A DNA stretch of 64,000 nt, from positions 1-64,000 of IMG/VR virus record IMGVR_UViG_3300027772_000010; one strand, written 5' to 3'. Source of the DNA: a virus. Each line of letters opens with the position of its first letter. The stretch's first letter is position 1. The translations under genes and the position numbers were made by a program. Below, piece after piece: positions 56,249 through 64,000 of the stretch. The notes beneath the pieces are model-generated. The model was not told the origin of the DNA, did no database searches, and worked only from the letters and a program-made list of their open reading frames with translations.

Positions 56249-57366
56249 TGGAAATATTAAATAGAATTAAAGAAAATAAACAACAATTATTAGATGGGTA
56301 TATTAATTGTGTTCCCAATCCTTTTAATGGTATGAAAAAGTACTTTAGTGGTATTTTTCCTGGAGCATTAGTTTGCGTTACTGCTGAGACTTCAGTAGGT
56401 AAAACTTCTTTAGCTAAATATATTTATGTATTTAGCGTAGCAGATTATATATTATCATTAAAAAACCCATCTGATTTAGATTATGTTTGTTATTGGTTTG
56501 GATTAGAAGAATCAGTAGAAGAATTTGAGATTAGTATTATTCAGTATGCTTTAGCTAAATATTACAATGTCAATAAAACTCAAGATGAATTATTATCAAG
56601 GATTAATCCTTTAGATGAAAAAACTATTGAATTAATGGAATCTACTATAATTAAAGATTATTTTAATTTAATAAAGAAATTTATAATATTTGATGACCAT
56701 ACGTCAAATCCTACTGGTATTTATAAACAATGTAGGAATTTATCTTATTCTAGAGGCCAACACATTAACAAAACAATTGAAACTAAAGATGGTCCATTGG
56801 AAGTCTATAGTCATTATAAACCTAATAATCCTAATGAAATTGTAACAGTAGTTATAGATAATGTTAATATCTTAGAACCTGAAAAAAATGATTTAGGAAT
56901 TCCATTAGATTTATCTGGAAGTATAGACAGAATGGTTAATTCTTATGCTAGAAAACAAATGACTAAACATTGGAACTGGCATGTATGTTGTGTTCAACAA
57001 CAACAGATGGCTGCAGGAGATTTAAATCACTTTAAAGCAGGTAGATTAGAACCTGAGCCTCAGAAATTAGGAGATAATATAAAAGTAGCAAGATCTTATC
57101 AAGTTATTTTAGGATTATTTTCTCCTTACAAACACAAACTAAACAATTATTATGGTTATCAAATTTTAGAATCAGATAAATCTCATGGGTTAGAAGATTG
57201 TTTTAGATCTATTCACATGTGTAAGAATAGATTTGGAAGAACAGGTGTGGCTGAACCTATCTTTTTTAATCCAAAAGGATTTAGTTTTGAATCTTTACCT
57301 GAGCCTAAAAATAGTTTAGAAATTACAAATTTTATAAATAAAAAAAATCAAATTTTAAATGAGTAA
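56248..57366 (+). CDS. dnaB: DnaB-like (SF4) replicative helicase
   Basis: Walker A AETSVGKT, 'LEES', 'VVIDN', 'KNRFG'. Confidence 0.85.
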   Translation: MEILNRIKENKQQLLDGYINCVPNPFNGMKKYFSGIFPGALVCVTAETSVGKTSLAKYIYVFSVADYILSLKNPSDLDYVCYWFGLEESVEEFEISIIQYALAKYYNVNKTQDELLSRINPLDEKTIELMESTIIKDYFNLIKKFIIFDDHTSNPTGIYKQCRNLSYSRGQHINKTIETKDGPLEVYSHYKPNNPNEIVTVVIDNVNILEPEKNDLGIPLDLSGSIDRMVNSYARKQMTKHWNWHVCCVQQQQMAAGDLNHFKAGRLEPEPQKLGDNIKVARSYQVILGLFSPYKHKLNNYYGYQILESDKSHGLEDCFRSIHMCKNRFGRTGVAEPIFFNPKGFSFESLPEPKNSLEITNFINKKNQILNE

Positions 57367-58096
57367 AGAAAATTTTTTATTACCCACAAAACCCCAACAA
57401 CCAACTGTAGTTAATCCAAGAACTATGGTTATTTTTTCTCAAAAAAAAACTGGTAAAACTCATGCATTATCTCAACTATCTAATTCTCTTATTTTAGATA
57501 TGGAAGGAGGTGCAGATTTTTATGAATGTACAAAAGTTAATATGACTAATCTTAATGAGTTTGATACAATTATACAAGCTTTTTCTGAACAAAAACCCCA
57601 GTATGATTATATTATTATTGATACAGTTACTTCATTAAAAGAAAAAGTTCTTAATCAGTTAGCAGTAAGATCTTACAATAGAGAAGAAAATAAAAATGAA
57701 TCTTTTGATTTTGATGTAGATAAGTTAGCTTATGGCAAAGGTCAAGTATATAAAAGAGAAGCTTTATTTAAAATTATGGAATTTTTTACAAAGTTCTGTA
57801 AGACTTTAATAGTAGTAGGGCATGTATCTGACAAATCAGTAACTGCAACAGGTCAAACTATTAAAGAATTAAATTTAGAAGGTAAACTAAAAGATTTATT
57901 GGCTTTAAGAGTAGATGCAATTGGATATATGTATAGAGACCCTGAAAATAAAAATAGTAATATACTATCTTTTAATCACACAGATGATGTAATAGGCGGA
58001 TCTAGAAGTAAGCATTTAAGAAATAAAGAGTTTAAAATTTCTGAACTTAATGAGAAAGAAGAACTTATAACTTTTTGGAATCAAATTTTTATTTAA
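57359..58096 (+). CDS. AAA_24/Sak4-like ATPase (recombination)
   Basis: 'SQKKTGKT', 'LDMEGG', 'IIIDTVT', 'VVGH', 'DAIGY'. Confidence 0.8.
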   Translation: MSKENFLLPTKPQQPTVVNPRTMVIFSQKKTGKTHALSQLSNSLILDMEGGADFYECTKVNMTNLNEFDTIIQAFSEQKPQYDYIIIDTVTSLKEKVLNQLAVRSYNREENKNESFDFDVDKLAYGKGQVYKREALFKIMEFFTKFCKTLIVVGHVSDKSVTATGQTIKELNLEGKLKDLLALRVDAIGYMYRDPENKNSNILSFNHTDDVIGGSRSKHLRNKEFKISELNEKEELITFWNQIFI

Positions 58097-58130
58097 TAAT
58101 TAACAATTTAAACAAATAATATAAATTTAT

Positions 58131-58964
58131 ATGAATAATAACATAAAAACAGCTAGTAGTAATCCTGCAATTAAGAAATATTATGGTGTAGGATCTTTTC
58201 AACCTATTATGGTAAACCCAAGTGGAAAAGATTTGGGTGCTTTTCTTAATAGACAAATAACTTCTGAGCCACAATATTTAACTACTAAGAATGTTGAGGG
58301 ACAAGAAGTAAAGTCTTTAAGAATAGATATTTGGGGTTTGCTTCCTGCAGTAGATGTAAAAACCAAAGTAACTTTTTGGTTAGAAGGCAGATATGATGTT
58401 GCTAGATCTGGCAAAACTAAAATGATAAATGGTCAAGGCTTTGCTACATATGTAGAAGATTTGTCTGTGTTAAATAAAAACAAAACTTGGTATTATACTG
58501 AAAATGCAAGAAAATGTATTAAAGGAGAAGATGCAGTAGTTGAGTTTTTTGTTAAACTTATGAATTGGGAAACTGATTTATCTAAATATACTTTGAAAGA
58601 TGGAGATACTCCTCAAATTTTCTTACCAATAGAAAATTTATTTAAAGGAGATTTTGCTGATTTGCAAAAATTAGTTTTAGATAATAAAACTATTAAAGTA
58701 TATTGTGGTATTAAAAGTAGACAAGTAGATAACAATACTTACTATGATATGGAAATTTATTCTAAAGCATTTATGAAGGATAATCCTAATAGAAAAGGTG
58801 CAAAAGAAATTATAGATGCTTTAATGGGAGAGTATGGTGGATTCTCTGGTAACATTGCTCCAATATCTGAAACTTTAGAAGAATTTAATCCTGAAGAAAT
58901 AAAAGCAAATACTCCTCCTCAAACTCAATCTAGTACCTTAGGAGATAATCCATTTGCATTTTAA
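58131..58964 (+). CDS. Putative single-stranded DNA-binding protein (crAss-like)
   Basis: Between the ATPase and primase; flexible tail ending 'DNPFAF'. Confidence 0.55.
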   Translation: MNNNIKTASSNPAIKKYYGVGSFQPIMVNPSGKDLGAFLNRQITSEPQYLTTKNVEGQEVKSLRIDIWGLLPAVDVKTKVTFWLEGRYDVARSGKTKMINGQGFATYVEDLSVLNKNKTWYYTENARKCIKGEDAVVEFFVKLMNWETDLSKYTLKDGDTPQIFLPIENLFKGDFADLQKLVLDNKTIKVYCGIKSRQVDNNTYYDMEIYSKAFMKDNPNRKGAKEIIDALMGEYGGFSGNIAPISETLEEFNPEEIKANTPPQTQSSTLGDNPFAF

Positions 58965-58976
58965 TTAAACTCTATT

Positions 58977-59990
58977 ATGATATATGCTTTAGATCAACAG
59001 TATGAAATATTTAGGCATTATTTTGGAAGTTTTGACTTAAAAACTAGTTTTAAAAATCCATTAAGAAATGATAAAACTCCTAAATGTTATTTTACAGAAA
59101 GAAATGATACTCTTTTATTTATGGACTGGGCATTTAATCCTACTCATTTAGATTGTATTGAATATGTAAATAAACTGTATAATTTAAATGATAGAAAGTC
59201 TAGTATAAATAAAATTAATTTAGATTTAAAGTATAGTAATAAAGTTAAAGGTAATTTTTTATCTGAAATTAAGGGGGAGCACCAAAAAGCTCCTCTTTTA
59301 ATTTTAGAAAAAAAACCTGTAATTGAACAAAAGTCTAAATATACTGGTATTATTAAATCTTTTGAAGATTTTGAATTAAATTACTGGAATCAATTTCAAA
59401 TTAATTTAAATATTTTAAATAGGTTTGAAATTAAACCTATTAAGTATGTATTAAAAAATGATGTTATTAATTATTCTTCTAGCAAATTTAATCCTATATT
59501 TGGTTATTATGATAATGATGAATTATTTAAATTATATAATCCTTTAGGTAATCCTATGCAAAAATGGAGGACTATTAAAGCTATCCTAGAAGGTTATTCT
59601 AAATTAGAGTATAAAACTAATGTTTGTTTTATTACTTCTTCTTTAAAGGATACTATGTGTTTAAATAGTCTTGGGTTTGATGCATTTAATTTGCCATCAG
59701 AAAACAGTTACAAAATATTGCTACCTATAATTGATGAACTATTTAGCAAGTTTGACCATGTTTATATATATACTGACAATGATGACACTGGTAAAAGATT
59801 TTCTAGATTATTAACTTTAGAAATTGATACTAGATTAAATTATCTTAACAACCCTTCTTTTATGAAAGAAAAAGATCCTTCAGATGTTGTTAAATTTTTA
59901 GGGTCTAATAGATTATTAGAAATAATTCAAGAAAAGCTCAATAGAGATAAAGTAAATTTAATAAAAAATAATTTAGCTGTTAATTTGTAA
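58977..59990 (+). CDS. dnaG: DnaG-like TOPRIM primase (crAss type)
   Basis: 'NPLRNDKTP', 'ITSSLKD', 'PSE', 'TDNDDTG', 'KDPSD'. Confidence 0.85.
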   Translation: MIYALDQQYEIFRHYFGSFDLKTSFKNPLRNDKTPKCYFTERNDTLLFMDWAFNPTHLDCIEYVNKLYNLNDRKSSINKINLDLKYSNKVKGNFLSEIKGEHQKAPLLILEKKPVIEQKSKYTGIIKSFEDFELNYWNQFQINLNILNRFEIKPIKYVLKNDVINYSSSKFNPIFGYYDNDELFKLYNPLGNPMQKWRTIKAILEGYSKLEYKTNVCFITSSLKDTMCLNSLGFDAFNLPSENSYKILLPIIDELFSKFDHVYIYTDNDDTGKRFSRLLTLEIDTRLNYLNNPSFMKEKDPSDVVKFLGSNRLLEIIQEKLNRDKVNLIKNNLAVNL

Positions 59991-60069
59991 TTAATATATT
60001 AATGTTATATTATTTAATAATTTTAACATTTAATTTAATTTTAAAAAGTTTTATTTGTTAAAAACACTG

Positions 60070-60077
60070 TATATTTG
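60070..60077 (+). promoter_or_regulatory. Bacteroidota -7 element
   Basis: TATATTTG, intergenic. Confidence 0.6.
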
Positions 60078-60104
60078 TAAGCTAAACCATAAAAATCAAA
60101 TTAT

Positions 60105-60422
60105 ATGAACAATTTAATTAAATTATTTATTCTAAGTGAAGGAATTACTTTATGTTTTACAGTTATTTTATTTTATAAGTATTTTATAAATAAAAAACTA
60201 ACTAAAACTATACAAAATGAAGTAAATAGATTAGTTTTTAAATTAGCTAATTCTTATGAAGAAAATCGTAAGTTAGAAAACAAAATTATAGAGTTATCAA
60301 GAAGAATAATAACTCCACAAACTAACAAAAAAGAAGTAGCTTCTGAGTTAGAAAAAAATACCCCAAGTAAAAAACCAAATACTTTTAGAAAACCAAGAAC
60401 TACTAAAAAAATTAAAGAATAA
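60105..60422 (+). CDS. Membrane-anchored coiled-coil protein with basic tail
   Basis: N-terminal TM, heptads, Lys-rich C-terminus. Confidence 0.6.
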   Translation: MNNLIKLFILSEGITLCFTVILFYKYFINKKLTKTIQNEVNRLVFKLANSYEENRKLENKIIELSRRIITPQTNKKEVASELEKNTPSKKPNTFRKPRTTKKIKE

Positions 60423-60529
60423 ATTACATAAAAAAACTTTGTAATGTATTTTTTAAATATAAAATAACAGGTTTACTTTTAAAATATATTAAATAGGTTT
60501 ACTGTTTAATTAATATTATTTATTTATTT

Positions 60530-60578
60530 AGTTTGTAAGCTTAAAGATACTATGTCTTTAAGTTTACAAACTTTTTTA
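60530..60578 (+). terminator. Long hairpin (20 bp) with T tail
   Basis: AGTTTGTAAGCTTAAAGATA-CTA-TGTCTTTAAGTTTACAAACT-TTTTT. Confidence 0.6.
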
Positions 60579-60594
60579 TTTTAATCAAAAAACT

Positions 60595-60819
60595 ATGCTA
60601 GAATACACAACAGAAGAATTAATTTCTAAATATATTAATATTGGCTTAAACAAACAACAAGCAATTAGAGCAGCTCTTATTGACATAAATAATAGTAAAA
60701 ACTTAGAAAAGAAATTATCAATAATTTATAGTAATAATAGTATAGAAATATTTGATAATCTTTTTTTAATTAAAAAAGAATTAGAAACATTATTAACTCA
60801 AACTAAACAAAATGATTGA
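60595..60819 (+). CDS. Small helical protein, weakly similar to 47694-47879
   Basis: 'EELISKY...AIRAALIDI...IKKELETL'. Confidence 0.5.
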   Translation: MLEYTTEELISKYINIGLNKQQAIRAALIDINNSKNLEKKLSIIYSNNSIEIFDNLFLIKKELETLLTQTKQND

Positions 60820-61417
60820 TAACTTAAATAAAATTTTACCAATACTCCAGTTTCAACCTGGATATTTTTTTGAAATAATTATCTATAAAAATGATAATTT
60901 AGATCAGCCTTATCAAAAAAATAATAATTTAATAAAACATTATATGATTAATAGTTTAAGTGAATTATTTTTTTATTATGATGAAATGAAAAGACTGGCA
61001 AATATATTTAATGGAACTGTATATATTAAACTAGGTTCTTATTCTAAAGAACAATTAGGATACAAAATGGTGGAAACCCTTTCTAATAAATTTCAAACTA
61101 AAGATTTAGATTATTCTGATATATTTTTAACTTCTATTGAAAATATGAAACCTACTTTAAATTTTTATGTTATTAACTTGTATTTTAATAATTTATCTTT
61201 AACGGGTTTATTTAAAATAAGAAATATACTTAAAGATATTTTTTTAGGAAATGAAACTATTTTACCTGAATTAGAAACTAAATCTGGTATGCAAATAATA
61301 ACAAATCCTTTTAATATTGACAAACTTAAAATTCATCAAGAAGAATATTATAAATGTACTATTAAAAAAGATAATGTAGCAGTTTTATATTGTAATAATA
61401 AAAATATATCATTATGA
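60812..61417 (+). CDS. Conserved phage protein, possibly a degenerate primase-polymerase-like fold
   Basis: 'IKHYMINSLSEL', 'FNGTVYI', 'ETKSGMQIITNPF'. Confidence 0.45.
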   Translation: MIDNLNKILPILQFQPGYFFEIIIYKNDNLDQPYQKNNNLIKHYMINSLSELFFYYDEMKRLANIFNGTVYIKLGSYSKEQLGYKMVETLSNKFQTKDLDYSDIFLTSIENMKPTLNFYVINLYFNNLSLTGLFKIRNILKDIFLGNETILPELETKSGMQIITNPFNIDKLKIHQEEYYKCTIKKDNVAVLYCNNKNISL

Positions 61418-62124
61418 TTTTAGCATTAAGTGGTAAATCAGGTTCAGGAAAAGATATTGTTGGAAAAATAATACAATATTTAACAGATAAAGATAAAGGA
61501 GGGTATCAACACCCTAATTCTCAAGATGATTTTGAGTCTTATTGTAAAAACTTTAAACAAAAATATTGCGATTGGGAAATAAAAAAGTTTGCAGGTAAAG
61601 TAAAAGAAATAGCTTCCCTTCTTACTGGTATTCCTATAGAAAAGTTTGAAGACCAAGAGTTTAAAAAAAAAGCTCTTGGTAGAGAATGGTGTTATTCCAC
61701 AGAATGGCAAGGAAGAGAACACTGGGTAGAAATGACTTCAAGAGAGTTTCTTCAAAAACTTGGCACAGAAGCAATGCGTAATGGATTACATACTAATGTA
61801 TGGTGCAATGCATTATTTGCTGATTATGTGTCTAAATTTAATCCTACAAATACAATATTAGATGAAATGTCTGATATGTCTTATAAAAATTATTATCCTA
61901 ATTGGATAATAACGGATTTACGTTTTAGTAATGAACTAACAGCTATAAAAAAAAGAGAAGGTATTACTATTAGAGTAAATAGACCTGGAATAAACCTTTT
62001 AGACCATCCAAGTGAGACAAGTTTAGATACTGCAGAGTTTAATTATACAATAGATAATTCAGGCACTATTGAAGAATTAATTAAAAAAGTTAAAGATATT
62101 CTTGTAAAAGAAAAAATCATATAA
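61414..62124 (+). CDS. Deoxynucleoside monophosphate kinase
   Basis: 'SGKSGSGKD', 'REFLQKLGTE', 'ITDLRFSNE', 'HPSE'. Confidence 0.88.
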   Translation: MILALSGKSGSGKDIVGKIIQYLTDKDKGGYQHPNSQDDFESYCKNFKQKYCDWEIKKFAGKVKEIASLLTGIPIEKFEDQEFKKKALGREWCYSTEWQGREHWVEMTSREFLQKLGTEAMRNGLHTNVWCNALFADYVSKFNPTNTILDEMSDMSYKNYYPNWIITDLRFSNELTAIKKREGITIRVNRPGINLLDHPSETSLDTAEFNYTIDNSGTIEELIKKVKDILVKEKII

Positions 62125-62139
62125 TTAATAATTTTTTTA

Positions 62140-62147
62140 TAGATTTG
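62140..62147 (+). promoter_or_regulatory. Bacteroidota -7 element upstream of the RNR genes
   Basis: TAGATTTG, intergenic. Confidence 0.6.
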
Positions 62148-62203
62148 TAACCCTTTTTTCCCCAAAAAAAATTATTATTAATATTTAAAAATTAACAAAA
62201 AAA

Positions 62204-63208
62204 ATGAATCAAAATGAAAGAGTCTTTGAGAAACAAGATATTTTTAAAAAGAGAGAAAACATATTACCTTATGAATATCCTGAACTTTTAGAATATAAAA
62301 AAGCTATTAGACATTCTTATTGGCTAGAATCAGAATTTAACTTTACCTCAGATATAAATGACTTTAAAATAAAAGTTAATGATTCTGAAAGAGAAGCTAT
62401 AAAAAGAACAATGTTAGCTATTGCTCAAATAGAAGTTAAAGTAAAAACTTTTTGGGCAGATATGTATAAAAGAATGCCTAAAACTGAAATTGGGGATGTA
62501 GGTATGACCTTTGCAGAAAGTGAAGTTAGACATAAAGATGCTTATGCTGAATTATTAAATGTCTTAGGCTTACAGAAAGAGTTTGAAACCTTAATAGAAG
62601 TTCCTGCTATTAAAAATAGAATCAATTATCTTACTAAATACTTAGATGGAACTAGAAGTAAGGATAATAAAATGTATACTAAAAGTATACTTTTATTCTC
62701 TTTATTTATAGAGCATGTTTCTTTATTCAGTCAGTTCCTAATTATGATGTCTTTTAATAAAGAAAAAAATCTTTTTAAAGGTATATCAAATGTAGTTGAA
62801 GCAACAAGTAAAGAAGAAGATGTTCATGGTAATTTTGGAGTTGAAATAATTAATATTATTAAAAGAGAGAATCCAGAATGGTTTGATGAAGAATTTGAAA
62901 ACTTAGTTTATTCTGCATGTAAAAAAGCATTTATAGCTGAGTGCCAGGTACTTGATTGGATATTTGAAAAAGGAGAGTTAGATTTCTTATCTAAAGAAAC
63001 TATCCAACATTTTATTATGAATAGATTTAATAATTCTCTTATAAAAATAGGAATGAGTCCTGTTTTTAGTCCTGACATTACTTTACTTGAGAAAACAATG
63101 TGGTTTGAAGTAGAAATAACTTCAACAAAAGAAGGGGACTTTTTTTATAAACGTAGCGTAGATTATTCTAAAAAAACTAAATCAATTACAGAAGATGACT
63201 TATTCTAA
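62204..63208 (+). CDS. nrdB: Class I ribonucleotide reductase beta subunit
   Basis: 'ESEVRHKDAY', 'IEHVSLFSQF', 'KEEDVH', C-terminal 'DFF...Y'. Confidence 0.93.
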   Translation: MNQNERVFEKQDIFKKRENILPYEYPELLEYKKAIRHSYWLESEFNFTSDINDFKIKVNDSEREAIKRTMLAIAQIEVKVKTFWADMYKRMPKTEIGDVGMTFAESEVRHKDAYAELLNVLGLQKEFETLIEVPAIKNRINYLTKYLDGTRSKDNKMYTKSILLFSLFIEHVSLFSQFLIMMSFNKEKNLFKGISNVVEATSKEEDVHGNFGVEIINIIKRENPEWFDEEFENLVYSACKKAFIAECQVLDWIFEKGELDFLSKETIQHFIMNRFNNSLIKIGMSPVFSPDITLLEKTMWFEVEITSTKEGDFFYKRSVDYSKKTKSITEDDLF

Positions 63209-64000
63209 AAATTACTGGTTAAATGAGGAGAGTAGACTTTATTTAAATAGAGGATACATTACAGAAACTCCTGAAGAAAGAATTAAACACATTTCTTATA
63301 GTGCAGAACAAATTCTTAAAATAGAAGGTTTTGCTGATAAGTTTGAAAATTACATGCAAAGAGGCTTTTATTCTTTATCTACTCCTGTATGGAGTAATTT
63401 TGGTAAAACTAAAGGATTACCTATAAGTTGTTATGGGTCTAATGTAGATGATTCTCTAGATAGCATTTTAAATGCTGCAAGAGAAATAGGCTTAATGTCT
63501 AAATATGGTGGAGGAACATCTGCTTATTTAGGAAATATTAGATCTAGAGGTACTGTTATATCTACAGGTGGTAAAGCAGATGGTCCAACTCATTATGCTA
63601 AAATTTATGATACAGTAATAGATACTTGTAAGCAAGGAGAATCCAGAAGAGGTGCTTGTGCAATATGGCTTCCTATAGAACATGAGGATATTGAAGAATT
63701 TTTAGAAATAGGTAGTGATGGTAATCCTATACAAAATCTGCAATTTGGTGTTACTATTACAGATGAGTGGTTAAAGTCTATGAAAGAAGGAGACACTCCT
63801 AAAAGAAAAATCTGGGCTAAAGTTATTGAGAAAAGAACTGAGTTTGGGTTTCCTTATTTAATGTTTAAAGATAATGCTAATAATAATTCTCCTTACAAAG
63901 AATTAGGATTAGAAATTACTGCAAGTAATCTTTGTTCCGAAATAATGCTTCCTACAAATAGTTTTGAGTCATTTGTATGTTGTATTGGTTCTATAAACCT
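63195..64000 (+). CDS. nrdA: Class I ribonucleotide reductase alpha subunit, truncated by the window edge
   Basis: Translated by hand: MTYSKNYWLNEESRLYLNRGY...STPVWSNFG...GLPISC...KYGGGTS...RRGACA...ASNLCSEI. No N-terminal ATP cone. Confidence 0.92.
   Translation, partial: MTYSKNYWLNEESRLYLNRGYITETPEERIKHISYSAEQILKIEGFADKFENYMQRGFYSLSTPVWSNFGKTKGLPISCYGSNVDDSLDSILNAAREIGLMSKYGGGTSAYLGNIRSRGTVISTGGKADGPTHYAKIYDTVIDTCKQGESRRGACAIWLPIEHEDIEEFLEIGSDGNPIQNLQFGVTITDEWLKSMKEGDTPKRKIWAKVIEKRTEFGFPYLMFKDNANNNSPYKELGLEITASNLCSEIMLPTNSFESFVCCIGSIN

Noticed and set aside
58977-59990. Primase inactivated because ITSS replaces the usual TOPRIM Glu and the Zn-finger Cys residues are reduced
   Set aside because: As I recall, this pattern is usual for crAss-like primases; DxD and KDPSD are intact.
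8049-63796. Short antisense ORFs in the track (8049, 11912, 13258, 17526, 25137, 26055, 28883, 29648, 32736, 37783, 40967, 42223, 48665, 54110, 58089, 58199, 61480, 63605)
   Set aside because: They lie opposite well-supported genes, mostly with non-ATG starts and shadow-frame composition.
1-64000. Stop-codon reassignment, as in some Crassvirales
   Set aside because: All core genes (TerL, portal, MCP, PolA, muzzle) are full length in the standard code, and no suppressor tRNA was seen.

Overview
This is a 64 kb piece of an AT-rich crAss-like (Crassvirales-related) podophage genome, read in the standard genetic code. Repeated TAnnTTTG promoter elements and A-rich, Shine-Dalgarno-free leaders point to a Bacteroidota host, probably an environmental one. 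The minus-strand arm (1-40.1 kb) is the late module: a cargo-like modular protein that runs off the left edge, muzzle and ring proteins, a lysis cassette, Cys-rich fibre and decoration genes, PhoH, major capsid, scaffold, portal, terminase, two SET-domain genes, and ClpP-, GroES- and HU-like genes. The plus-strand arm (40.8-64 kb) carries small early genes, then an SF2 helicase, nuclease, PolA, resolvase, DnaB, AAA ATPase, SSB, primase, dNMP kinase and ribonucleotide reductase. Four signals are missing from the supplied ORF track and look most interesting. (1) A ~415-nt ORF-free, highly base-paired unit with its own promoter and terminator (40147-40562, minus), a candidate large ncRNA. (2) A back-to-back array of structured RNA elements in the early leader (41546-41881), with a twister-like ribozyme between two covarying copies of an unnamed kissing-loop motif. 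(3) An ORF of at least 802 codons (1-2406, minus) built from unrelated modules separated by six xxxGG motifs, one of them a toxin-like domain. (4) A miniature tRNA-like element just after the capsid-gene terminator. All family assignments come from motif recognition by eye and need profile searches to confirm.
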